Assembly: GCF_036321535.1 (NCBI RefSeq) | Contig: NC_087439.1 | Coordinates: 68,634,001 to 68,698,000 of the forward strand | Direction of reading: 5' to 3' | Length of the DNA stretch: 64,000 nt | DNA from: Camelus dromedarius | Lineage: Eukaryota | In this document: piece by piece, positions 39,470 through 52,090 of the stretch | Position numbering within the stretch: the stretch's first letter is position 1 | Layout of the letters: every line of letters begins with the position of its first letter | Position numbers and translations under genes: made by a program | The notes under the pieces: generated by a model | What the model was told of the DNA's origin: nothing | The model's database searches: none | Seen by the model: only the letters and a program-made list of their open reading frames with translations

Positions 39470-39880
39470 GTAAGTGGGTGAGAGGGGATAAACTGGGAGT
39501 TAGAGATTTGCAGATACTAACCAATATATTTAGAATAAAAAACAAGTTCATGCTATATAGCACAAGGAACTATATTTGACATCTTGTAGTAACTTATGGT
39601 GAAAAAGAACATGAAAACGAATAGCACAGGGAAATATACACAAAAGGTCATGATAACTCACAGAGAAAAAAATGTGACAATGAGTGTGTATATGTCCATG
39701 AATAACTGAAAAATTGTGCTGAACACTGGAATTTGACACAACATTGTAAAATGATTATAAATCAATAATGTTAAAAAAAAAAACGAATATGTGTTATGTT
39801 CACGTATGACTGAAGCATTATGCTGCACACCAGAAATTGACACAACATTGTAAACTGACTATACTTCAATAAATATATAT
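39470..39880 (+). mobile_element. L1 3' end split by a nested younger L1 3' end
   Basis: Host L1 39470-39623 and 39790-39880; insert 39624-39779 flanked by AAAACGAATA TSD (39614-39623, 39780-39789). Confidence 0.92.
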
Positions 39881-40129
39881 ATAGTCTACTTATCTTTATG
39901 ATAAAGATATAATATTCCTTTTTCTAATATTCCCCTTTTTAAACAGAATGATAGAATACCCTCTGTTCAGCAGACATTTAGCGCTGTGTCCCAAGGACAT
40001 CAACCATTCTGAAAACCACTGCATGTTTGCTATGTGCCCAGCATTATGTTTTCACTATGGAATATTCACTCAAGTGTACTCTCCATGTATTCTTGGTAGA
40101 AAACAATGATACCATCATTAGAGTCCCCC

Positions 40130-41200
40130 AGACACTTCTCCTGAAAACCCTTATTTCCTGCTTCTTCAGCAGGTTTTTCAGACTTCCTTGCTAACCTTAC
40201 CACCTCTTTATTCCAAACTGGGTTCCTTCCATTTTCTCAGAAAAATCCTGGATAAATCCTTCTTCTAACCTGCAATCTTAGCACAGATTACTCTCATCAC
40301 TTCACCTATCCATCTTCCTTAGTGCATTAAAGAAACTCCTCTGTAAAACTGTAATAAAGGAAGAACAATCCCCCTGAGCTCTGACTGAACAGCATCACTT
40401 CCTTGCAGACCTGAAAGAGTTGGCTCCCCCAGCCTCGCTTCTAATTTACTCTTCGTCTTCACTTTGATCCCTTTGGGTTCTTTTCTACCTTCCTCCCCAC
40501 CCCACCCCACCAGCCTCATCTTACATCACTGGTTCCCTTGTCTGCTTTACTTCATTCTCAGAGTTTCTTTCGGTTCCTTCGAAGCTCTGTTCCACCTAGA
40601 TCTTGACACACGCTCCTCACTCTCTACCTAGAATGCTCTACCCTTGCTCATCCGTTGGTATCTCCCACCTTTTCCTAGGGCACAGCGTGATATCCCTTCC
40701 TCAAAACAGATACACATTACTATGTATATGACAGATAAACAACAAGGACCTACAGTAGAGCACAGGGAGCTATATTCAATTTCTTATAATGAGCCGTAAT
40801 GGGAAAGAAACTGGAAATATATATACAGATACGTATGTATATGTAAAACTGAATCACTTTGCTGTACACCTGAAACATTGTAAATCGACTACACTTCAAA
40901 AAATGAGAAAAGGAAAGAAAAATAAACAAACATATATTATGGAGTAAAAAAAATGCTTGTTTGACCTTTGCTACATTTAAATGACTCCTCCATTCTCTTT
41001 CTTAAATCCTTTACTCTAACTAGCAGATTCATAACTTGTAATTACATATTTATTTATGCAATGATTTACTAAAATATATTCCTCCTGCTAGACTAAGGCC
41101 CATGTGGGCAAAGATTGTATTTACTGTGTTCATTACTGTTTCCTCAGTTTTAGGCCCCGTGTTTAGTACATAAAAAGTGCTAGGTTAATATTTGTGAAAA
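40130..41200 (+). mobile_element. L2 remnant interrupted by an L1 3' end (~40715-40905)
   Basis: C/T-rich L2 text, then 'gataaacaacaaggacctacagtagagcacagggagctatattcaa...ctacacttcaaaaaa' (L1), then L2 3' end 'ctagactaaggcccatgtgggcaaagattg...gtttagtacataaaaagtgc'. Confidence 0.7.
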
Positions 41201-41797
41201 CATTTGAAAAAAGTAATTGAACATCTTCTCCAGCTATTTTTCTTTTTCGCTCCAAAGTTCATTCATCAGTCATTTCATTATTTGGTACAGTTGTCACCAT
41301 GTCCCTTTGGCTTGCCGAGCTTGTGTGTATGAGAAGTTCCAACACTGACTTTCATTTCCAGGTTCCTTAATCCTGATTTATTCTGTGTAACTCAAGCACG
41401 TAGTGAATGAAGACCAAATGAAGACTGTAGTTTGCTGAACCCCTGACCCGAAATGCCCTGACCCTGCCTACCATTCTGCCCTAGCTCTTTCATATGTCCA
41501 GGTTTCACCTAGTAAGCACTAAACTCTTAGTCTCAACTCAGCCCACATGTGACATTTACCCAGACCTCTCTCACTCCTCAAGCTGATTGAGATGTCCTTT
41601 TATGTGATGCCAAAATCCCTTTTCTATTGAGCTATTATGGAGCTTTTCACATAGTACCACAATCAACAATTTAACCAACCATCCCTCTAGTAGACTTGCA
41701 CCATATGCTGTTACGCATCATATGCTGTTCGAATCAGATCTGGTACATAGGAATACTTAATGACATTTGATGAGTGATAGATGCCCATGTGGATAAT

Positions 41798-41832
<35 letters not shown>

Positions 41833-43654
41833 GTGGTTATCAAGAAAATAGGGCACCAAAAATAACGCCCAAGAGCAGAGAGTAGGAAACTCTGGCAAAT
41901 TCTTGTGTATTTTGATGATCAAATAATCCAAAGAACTCTATGACACTAATATTTGGTAAGAATGAAGATGAACAATCAATAAATACAATTTAATGACTTA
42001 GGAACTGAAAGAACTTCAACATGTTAACTTCTAATACTAAGACATCAAGTCATATTGTAGAGGGTTCCTCTTTATTATTGTTAGTGACAGATCCATATTC
42101 AAGAGTCTTCATTCTATCTTAAAGAAATTTTAGCTGAGTTAACTAAGCTTCTAGAACTTAAATAAATTGCACATAAAATGGAATAATTGCAACAACTTTT
42201 ATAATTAAGAAACAAGACATTTAGAGCACTGCATTTCTGCAGAATTATTGCATGTCTCAGGCACATTACAACTGCAACCAGAGATGCAGAGCATTAACCT
42301 CTTGGGAAGTTAACTAATCCCTGGAAATCCACTGCTTAGAGAAGCTAATTGTATGTGGAATTTTTTTCAGTATTTAAATTTCAACTCTGATAAGATGTTT
42401 GCTTCATGTCCATCACTTAATTCCAATTTGTTTCTTGGAAAAAGTATGTCTATTCTTTTTTCAATATGTATATTTAAAGATTGGACAAAAAGCCACATGG
42501 AACTATATGCTTTATTATATTTATATTTATGTATTATAAGAAGTTATAACAAGTCTTAACTAGAACCATACCTATACACATACATATATGTAATATTTTG
42601 CATAATTATAATTACGGAAATTAAAAAGCACTGCACTCCACTGGAATTTAAAAGCAGGGCAATCACCTAACAAACTCTTGAAGAAGTTTTTGACAAGCAA
42701 AACTTGATGCAAGAAGCCCCCCCCCAAAATCTTCTGAACATATTAAAGGGTAGCCACTTGTAAAACACTAGTACCTCTCCTTATATCACACTGTGCGAGT
42801 TGTAATAATTTCATACTCAAACTGTTTCATCAATCAAAACTCCCTATTAAAAAAAGTTAATTCAAACACTTGGTCCATGTCATTTTGTTGAGATCATTAT
42901 GCTGGCCAGTTGATAATGGGCATTTTTTTTTGCAGTGTGTCCATCTAATAATAAGTATATAGAGCTAGGATTATGTATTTAATCGGCATAAAATACATAA
43001 TGCTAAAGTCAAATACAGTTTGGTAGAGAAAATAACTATCAAGGAATCTCGTTTTAAAGGTAATTTTAGAACCAAAATCTGTAAAACATGTTTTACAGCT
43101 TACTACCATGCTTACTTACCACTCATGCTGTCAAGAAGTTAAATTCTATTCTACTTACAGTCTCATATTGTTCTGATAGTCTCCCCATATTCTATTATTT
43201 CCCAAGTCTTGAGGAAAGTCACTTGGATTGGTATGGAGGGGATGGAGGACAAGAGTCACTTCTTACCACACTCTTCCAGAACTTACAAACAGCAAAACCG
43301 CATGGGCGGGCAGACTTGAAATGTTTCCTGGTCTTGTTCAGCTAATCTTTATTGGTGACTGAGGAGGTAAAGCAGGAAAGTATGTGCCTCACCAAGATGA
43401 ATAAATGGGAAATAGGGAATCCACTGGTTTGAACAAGGGTAAGTCACTATACTTCATTTTCTGATTTAGACAAGTGACATGCATTTGGGAACTTCATGTT
43501 ACTCAAGTTCCTCTGACCTTTAGAAGCAGTTTCCCAGCTCTAAGGGGAATTAGCAGAATCACAGGCACAATTTGGTAACCAAACACAAGCCTAATTCAAC
43601 TGTTTAGTGCAGAAGTGAGGGGACCAACCGTACTTCGGCAGTCCTCTGTCTTAC

Positions 43655-43777
43655 TTCACCAGATGGTAACAATACGATTCTTTCAACAGCAAGCACTCAG
43701 TGCAGTTTGCCAGACAGTCATAATCATCAAGCTGTCCATACAAAGGCGGCAGAGACCATTTGTGGAGCACTGTGAGA
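43655..43777 (-). other. Candidate 123-nt frame-preserving exon
   Basis: Minus strand cttaat...tctgttttggttttgcataaag/ acceptor, GAA/gtaaga donor, open frame LTVLHKWSLPPLYGQLDDYDCLANCTECLLLKESYCYHLV; peptide not recognised. Confidence 0.25.
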
Positions 43778-45559
43778 CTTTATGCAAAACCAAAACAGAT
43801 ACATTAAGCCCAGCCCCCGTCCTCGCTCAAGGTATGCAAACTCACAGGTGGAGTCATGTATTTCAGCATTTGGTCAGCGGTTGCTTCCATGATGAAGATA
43901 AAGCATAATGCACCAAAACAGGAGTCAGGGACTGGGAAAACCTCCCAGCATTGCCTACTGAAATTCAGATAATACAATGAATGAGCTCATGACACACATA
44001 TCAGCAACTTCCTGCTAAGCCAGAATCACCCAACGCAGCAACTGCCTCAGCTTTTAACATGTTTTCATCACATTCACCCCATTACTCATATACACGTGTG
44101 CATACTTGGGCTGATTAAGGTAGTTTAGCCAGGTTCACGTCTCAAAAGCTTACGAGTCCAGTCACAGTAAACAATAAATCTCAGCTGTCCCAGAAAGGTT
44201 AACTTTCTGCAAAATATCAAAGAGACACAGAAGCTTCAATTACTTCTTTTCTACTGGAAGAAAGAATAATGAGATAGTCTTCCTTCAGAAGAGAAAAAGT
44301 ATAAAAACAAGAACACCACATTACCAAATCTCACATCAAATAATGTTTTCAATAAAATGAAACAAAGCAACAAGATATAAACTGAACTTCAAGCAGCAAA
44401 TCTGTACTCACCAAGTAATGGACTTTTGACAAAGCAAACCATCCTGTTCAATATGACTGACTACCATTTGAGACCTGGACCAATGTGTACCAGCTCAAAA
44501 AGAGTACGAATGTGTGGGCATATGAATAGACGTATGTACATACATAATATTATATGTTAACTATTCAGTTATTAGAAAAATACAAATTTATTTTCTTCTC
44601 TATGCCCTAATTCTCAATCTCCCCATTAGCAGAAACCACCACTACTCTCAGAAACATGAAATGAAAATTTATCTTTCTATAAAACAATATACTTTAACTC
44701 CAATTTTTGAGGATCACATATGCTGATCAAAAAAATTAAAGCTAATTTAAATATAGGTCCTACTCATAACTAAATATATTTCATCAGGGATAGGAAAAAG
44801 AGTATTTTGAAAGACTTTATCTTTTGAAGTTTTCTCCATTCTCATAAATGCTAAGTAAGGTGTCACTCATCAGCCCTAATGTGGAGAAATGTAGTCTTTT
44901 AAAGATTCTTTAAATGAAGGTTCTGTGATACCATTGTACTAACATTTAAATTTCATAAAAAGGTTCACAAGTTAGATTACAGAGATGTCAGTGCTTCACC
45001 CTTCCCTAAATGCCAACTTGCTCCTCGTATTAGTTAGAATTCAGCACCTCAAACTACACTCATTCAAAAGGTCGAGAGAAGGTCAGTATTCAGCTGAGTC
45101 ATGTGCTGAAACACACAGCAGACAAGCTGAGTTTAGAAGACTTATACAAATATATTCACCAAAAGAGTTTCTATTTTTAAAGAATATACATATAGTAATT
45201 TATGAACTAGAAATAGTCATAACTCTCAGGAGATTCTGAATGTCCTGTAAGTCCTACAGAGCATTAATTTTTATATCTGCTTGAAAAATGACAGCATTCT
45301 AATTATTCTGTCAAGGTTAATAGACCACGAATTTGACTCTTAAACCTCAGTGGACATCTTTTTCCAATAGCCACTTCTTTTCATTTGTGACATTTTTCCC
45401 TTCCTGAAATTATGGTTGCAAAAATTTTCATGGAGTCAATTTAAATACCCAAGCAACCTCTACATCAAAGAACTACAGTGATACAATCTTGAGATAAATG
45501 AGAAAACAACCTTAAAGAATCTTAACAAGTGCTTTAAAAAGAATCTTAAAAGTGGATTT

Positions 45560-47000
45560 TAAAAATTGTTAATAATGAGCTTGAAACTTCAACCTCTAGT
45601 AAGATGAAAGAAACTCTAAATGAGAGATAAAACAAAGGCAGATAACATTTTTCAATTAAAAAATGAAAGTTATAAATGAAGGACAATAAGGAATCCACAT
45701 AGGCTATAATCAAACGAAAGAGGGATCCAAAAAATTAGTAAACACTGAAGCCTAATTTTATTTTGAGAGTATGTGACAAAACTTAGTAACATGGACCCTA
45801 CTCATTTGCAAAGGGTATAGGAGAAGGAAGCAACGCCCAGGAAACATTGAAGGGAAAGAGACAATAGTAGACATTCATTGCAGATATTCACAAAAAGGTA
45901 AGACATAAAAACTCTATACAGTCATTGCAACACTGTTGAAAAATAAATTCACCACGTGGAGGAGATCAGGAAGCAAACATGACTATTTTGACACTGGCAG
46001 CAGGTGAGAGGGAGTGGGGGATCACACACGGATACACCCATCCTGAACTCCAGTCACTAGAAGCTAAGAATTTAATTTAAAGCGATTCTGGGTCGTAATG
46101 TTCCCAAATGGCTAGCAGGGAAAAAAAGACACACAAACATTCTCAAGTAAGTTCCACAGAATTCTAAAGAATTGTAGCTTAGAAAAAGAGGAAAAAAAAA
46201 AAAAAACTCACAAGGCACTGTGAATGAGATTCAGACTGCAAGAAACAATAAAATCAAGTCTTCAAAGATACTGCATATTAGAATGTTAAAACTGAGAATG
46301 TAAAATATCTGTGTTTCATGTGTTAAAGAAATAAAAAGAAAGCTTTAGAAAGAAAGAATAAGAAATCAAAAATGATAAAGGTGGTAGGACAAAGGAAAAA
46401 TATAATAACTGAAATAAAAATAGGATGAATATGTAAAATAGCATATTAGATATTACTGAAGAAGAGAAATTCATGAAATGGAAATAAGATATAAATAAGA
46501 ATTAAAGATTAAACAATCCAGATGCAGCCCACAGACACTAAAAGATGCAAAATATAAAAGTAGGTGATTAAAGCATCATGAAGAGGAGGTAGATGGTCTA
46601 ACGTGTATCTAACACAAGTTTCAGAAAGATAGTTGCGAAGAAATAATTGATTTAAATTACTAAGAGTAGAGCTACCAAACTTTTATCCAAAAAAAATCCC
46701 AAACAGGATAATTTTAAAAACAAAACTCACTTTTATATGCATAACAGTGAAACTTAATAAAGAAAAGAGAATTTAAAAATCATGAGAGCCAAACTGATCA
46801 ACTACAAAGACACTGTAAGGACACTAACAGTGATATCTTGGCATCAACGACAAAAATAAAACAAATACTGGAATGGTGTTTTTCAAAGTGCTGAAATTGT
46901 CAATTTATAGCCCTATATCTACAAGAACTATTTTCTAAAAGTGAAATAAAAGAACCAAAATAAAGTGTATTTACTATTTATAATTTTATTAATTATGCAG
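45560..47000 (+). mobile_element. Ancient L1M 5'/ORF1 remnant
   Basis: Very A-rich; ORF1-like text ('gatggtctaacgtgtatctaac...gtttcagaaag', 'tactggaatggtgttttcaaagtgctgaaa'). Confidence 0.65.
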
Positions 47001-47429
47001 TCAAATTATCTAGTTCTTTCATGATTCTAGGCAAGTAAACTCTAAATTCTTTATGGGGAACCATATAGTGGACAATAAACACACCCGGGAAGAAAACCAA
47101 GATGAGAGGGCCTGCTGAACCAGCAGTCTCCCCTGTAAAACACTGCAACTCTTCCCCCAACCTTGTCCATCTCAATCCTTTGCTTTAGTTTTCCTTTCTT
47201 TCTCAGAGGCAAGAATAGGATTTATCAACTTTTAACATACTATATAGCTTATTTATTTAATACTTAGTATTTATGTGTCTGTCTCTCTGTGTTAGAATCT
47301 ATGCTCCCCTAGGCAAGAATCTTTATTTTGTTCACTGAGTTATTTCATATGTCTAGGAAATAGTTATTTCAAATATCTAGTAAACTGCCTGTAGGCACTC
47401 AATAATTACGTGTTGAACGAATAGCTAAA

Positions 47430-48420
47430 ACGGGAATTTTAAAAGCTACAGACAAGTTGGCCACTGACCCAAACAGAGAGCCCAGAAACAGATCCATACC
47501 ATTTATGGCTTGTTTGATTACTGGGGAAAGGGTGGATTTTCATTAAATGGTCATAGGTTAACTAGTTATCCAAATGGAAAAAAGATTAAATTAGACCTCT
47601 ACATAATATTCAATCAATTATAGGTAAAGATTTTATTTACTATCTATAAGATATTGAGATAAGAAAGGATTTCTTAAACAAAATTAAAAAAAATTCATGA
47701 AGAAAAAATGACAAATTCAACTATATTAAAATCAAGAAATTTTCTTTATCAAAAGAGAAATGTGAAGTGAGAAGCCTCGAAAAGCCTTCAATTACAACAC
47801 TGACAAAGAATTAATCCTCAGGACATAAGAAAAAAATGTTTATAAATTAAGAAAATCCTTCCATACAAAGGAAAAATGTACACAAGTCATAAATACATCT
47901 CACAGAGGAAACAGAAATGACTCAATGCATGAAAATACCTAATGTCACTGAAAATTAGAAGAATATAAAAATGAAGCTATTACAAGATATGATTTCATAC
48001 CCACCAGATTGGCAACAATTAAAAAGTCAGATCAATGTTATTACAAGGAAATAGAGCGATGGCAGGCTTTTTACACTGGTGGGAGCGCACACTGGAACCA
48101 AACACTCTGGAGAAGAGTGTGAGGGTATCCATGAAAGCCAAACAAGCGCACACCCAAAGACCACGCAATTCCATTACCAGAAGGAACCTAGCAAGTGAGA
48201 ACCTGGAGATGTGAACAGTCTTCACGGTCACACCACTCAGGAGAATGACTGCAGAAAACCACCCAAATGTCTGTAAACAGTAAAACAGATGAAGGAATAT
48301 TTGGATATATTCCTACAATTAAATACTATGAAGCAGCTGAGATAAAATCAATTTACTGGGTTACAATTTTTTTAAGAGAAAGTAGAATGGACTAAAAAAG
48401 ACACAAGTGTACTTGACTTA
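47430..48420 (+). mobile_element. Ancient L1M ORF2/3' remnant
   Basis: 'aaacagagagcccagaaacagatccatac', 'cccaccagattggcaacaattaaaaagtc', 'caattccattaccag', 'cccaaatgtctgtaaacagtaaaacagat'. Confidence 0.75.
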
Positions 48421-48499
48421 TAGTAAATGTATGTACCGTTTGTGAAACTTTCGTTTCAAGTCTCGCTGTGTGTACATACTGATTCGTAATTAAAACATA

Positions 48500-48800
48500 T
48501 TTCCTATATCATCAATCCTTATCAATTTTGCCAATCTTCAGAAAGTACTTTGCATTAATTTTCAATTCCGGAACAGTGAAAATGAGCATTTTTCCATCTT
48601 TCTTTTCTATTATAAACTTATTGTTCAAAACTTTCATATTTCTTTACTATTTTTTCATTCTTTTCTATTTTGATTCATAGACTTCTTTCATATTCTACAC
48701 ATTAATCCATTGTTAAATAGCAGATACTCTTTACTATCTGTGTCTTGTCTTTTAATTATGTGTGGTGGTTCATCACATATCTGTTTCCCACTTTCATACA
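48500..48800 (-). mobile_element. L1M ORF2 remnant, opposite orientation
   Basis: 'tcaattttgccaatct...gagcatttttccatc...tattctacacattaatccattgtt'. Confidence 0.6.
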
Positions 48801-51250
48801 GGCTTATACGGCAAACCTTTCCACAGGTGAGAAGAATGATAAAATCTGAAAGATACTTTTCAGATCAATTACTATCTATACAAATGAAGAAAAAAGTTTT
48901 AAAATCATAAAAGCTCTCTAATGAGTTTCAGGTTGATGTGTACTTGTGAAGGTTACAGTTTTATGTGAAATTAAATCAGCTGAAATCAGAATCTATTCAC
49001 TCCTAATCTATATAAAGGCAAGGGTGTCTATGCCAGGTTCTCAGAATTGAAAGAAATCAGCCACACTCTTTTATTCAACAAGAGTAAATCAGATTTGATG
49101 CATGTGTGCAACCTTTAGAACCCATTTTCCCTCTTATAAAACAGAAACAAGGACCATCAAGAGTTTAAAATACATTTTATTGCTATCCCTTACATACCTA
49201 CAAATGTAATTTTGCATCTGTGAGCAAAATCTGGACAATATTAAAATAAAGTTCCTATCTGTATTTTATGATTTCTACAATAAAGCTTATTATGAAAAAT
49301 TTTGTATTGTGCAAGTAACAAGTTATAGCCATTTAAAGTTAAGACTTTTTACATGAAAAAAATCGTTCAAGACAGAAAGTTAAATCTTGAATTAGAATAT
49401 ACAGCTTTACATAAACTAGTTATTTTCATCTTCATGCTTCCTTTTACCTTGGTAGGAACATCACAGAACATAACGAGTGGTAGTTACGCAGACTTTCACG
49501 GCTTCTGGTTTATTCCCTTTGAGGGTTACATTAACATCTGTCAGGCTATGCTCTACTACATTCTCCCAAATTGACTTTCAATTCAACACATGCTTCTATT
49601 TTCAACTCTCATTTAGCTATAGGTAATCCTTAACATTCACGATGCATTTTCCTATTTTAAGATGTGTTCTCTGAGAGAAATGATATCTCGAAAATCTTAC
49701 ATCTTTTCTCACCTTAATCATTTGGCCTAGAAATGTAGCCCATTGTGGGGAGAAGGCTGGGTAAGAGATGGTGGGGTCAGAGGTCAAATAATAAAATCAC
49801 ATATAAAAACATAGCCTTGTCATACTTAAAAATATACCTATAAGGAGTAAATCAATAATGTAGGTTATAATAGTTTAAAATAAAATGGCATGTCAACATA
49901 TTTGTTCAAGTTCTTATTTGAAGCTATTATAAAATTGTTTTTCTCACACAAAAAATTAACAGGTTGATCTGCACTAAAAAGAAATTTATAACTCAGCAGA
50001 AGCAATATTTCATCATTTTCAGTACCGACCCCAAGCACACACATGAGACCACGCAGGGCTATACGTCTGATATTAAAAATACATAACATGTATCCACCAC
50101 CACCAAGATGCTCACAAGGTACTGCCAGAAGTTTGACTTGATTTTAATATTTTTAATAACATATGTGACATCTCAGTGAGAACATATTTCAGAAAGCTGA
50201 ATTTCCATGTAAACTCTTTATACAAATTAAAATATTAAATTAAACAAATTATCATTTTAAACTAGTATTTCCAATTAAACAACTTTCAGTGCTATCAGCA
50301 CAGCTCAGAATGGGTCTCATATTGTTGTTTTCCTACCTATGACTTTTTAACTTGTGGTGGTACTGAAATTATTCACTGTCTTAAATATGGATAGATGAGT
50401 AACTTGAGAATGATTTAAGTGACATTTGCACAGAAATATCATACAGCTCCCTGACATCAGTTTCAATAAAAAACAAATGCAATGAGTGTCAACATTTCAA
50501 AGGTAACAATTTTTGGGGGGACAGGCTCATTTGAGATTAGGTGAGATAATGTCTGTATTGTTCTTAGCACAGTTCATGGTCAATGAGTCATCTCTCACTG
50601 AAGAGACAATTCTATATCCTCTCCACTAACTTGCTAAAACCATTTGAGAGTTTCAGCTCCTTTCTCACATTTGTACCTTTCCATTACTCATACACAAATT
50701 GCTATTAAATAATTAGTGTTGCCTGCCAGTGAGAGCTATCAGGTCAGAATATAACTCAGAAATCATTGGTATAAAAATAAACACAATGTTGAAAGCTTTT
50801 GAACAACATGTGAACAAAACAAACAAAAAAAGGAAATAGAGATTGTTTGGCAACAAGCACCAAAATATGTTTTGATGCAAAGAGGTGAGACTTCAGACCC
50901 AAAGGCTGACATTCAGATGCAATTGTGTCCCTGGCTTCAAACTTTGGCTAGGTTAATTAAGGAAACCGAGTTCGGTACAGGTGATTTGGTAATACAGATA
51001 AACACAGAGCAATCTTCTCTATTAGGAGTCAGGCTTAAACAAAGATTTTAAATGTTTTAAAGTTTAAAAATAGATACAATGTTTCAAAATCATTCTTTTC
51101 AGCATATTTGCTCAGAAATCCTAAACAGTTACTCTAACAGAAATCATTCTCCTGATTTTTTAAACTCCAGGGAGTCTTTAGAAGAAAAATTTTAATGGGA
51201 AAATCCCTCACAAGGTTGGATGGGCGATGGAATGTCAAGACCTAGCAAGG

Positions 51251-51411
51251 CTTTCTTTTTTCTTTTCTTTATAGACTTTTTTATTTTTTAGTGGGGTAGA
51301 TAGTTAGGGTTTACTTACTAATTTTTTTTTAGCAAAGGTACTAGGAATTGGATCCAGGACCTCATGCATGCTAATAAGCAAGGCACTCCACCACTAAGCT
51401 AGATCCTCCCC
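51251..51411 (-). mobile_element. tRNA-derived SINE (camelid Vic-1-like)
   Basis: Minus strand GGGGAGGATCTAGCTTAGTGGTGGAGTGCCTTGC...GAGGTCCTGGATCCAATTCCTAGTACC with degenerate Pol III A/B boxes and A-rich tail. Confidence 0.8.
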
Positions 51412-51786
51412 ACCAAAATACCGTATGATATCATGCGTATGTGGAATCTTAAAAAGACAAATGAAGTGAACTTATTTACAAAACAAACATAGAAAACAAA
51501 CTTATGGTTCCCAGGGAGGAAAGGGGCTGAGAAGGGATAAGTTGGGAATTTGAGATTTGCAGATACTAACTATATATAAAATAGATAAACATTTCTACTG
51601 TATAGCACAGGGAACTATATTCAATACCTTGTAGTTACCTGTAATGAAAAAGAATATGAAAACAAATACATGCATGTATATGGATGACTGAAACATCACA
51701 CAGTACACCAGAAACTGGCAACATTGCAAACTGACTTACTACAATACAATAAATTAAAAAAAACAAAAAAACAAACAAAAAAAAAC
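51412..51786 (+). mobile_element. L1 3' end with A-rich tail
   Basis: 'accgtatgatatcatgcgtatgtggaatcttaaaaa...gagatttgcagatactaac...gtacaccagaaactg...' followed by an (A/AAAC) tail. Confidence 0.9.
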
Positions 51787-51897
51787 AGAACTAGCAGAGG
51801 ATCTAGTAATTAATAAAGGGTAGTTCCCGTACTCATCCAATGGGAAGCTGACTACCAAACTTTTGACCAAGGTTTTTGTTTTTTCTCCATGCTTCCA

Positions 51898-52090
51898 CTA
51901 GTGTAGAGATTCTCAAAGTGTCTGCCGAAGACTAGAAGCAACAGCATGACTAGGGAAGCTGCTAGAATGTAAATTCTCAGGCCCCAGCTCAAACCCTCTG
52001 AATCAGAAACTCTGCAGACGGATCCCAGAAACCAGAGTTACTAAGTAAGGCTCCCAGGGGATTCCAATGCCCCTTTCAGGTTGAGAGCCA
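51898..52090. mobile_element. MER5A-like element
   Basis: 'gattctcaaagtgt...tagaatgtaaattctcaggccccagctcaaaccctctgaatcagaaactctg...ggttgagagccac'. Confidence 0.8.

Noticed and set aside
43690-43735. C/D-box-like motifs on the minus strand (TGATGAT...CTGA)
   Set aside because: Boxes are only ~25 nt apart, too short for a canonical snoRNA, with no convincing terminal stem.
51340-51411. Possible tRNA gene
   Set aside because: Degenerate boxes, an extra insertion and an A-rich tail indicate a tRNA-derived SINE.
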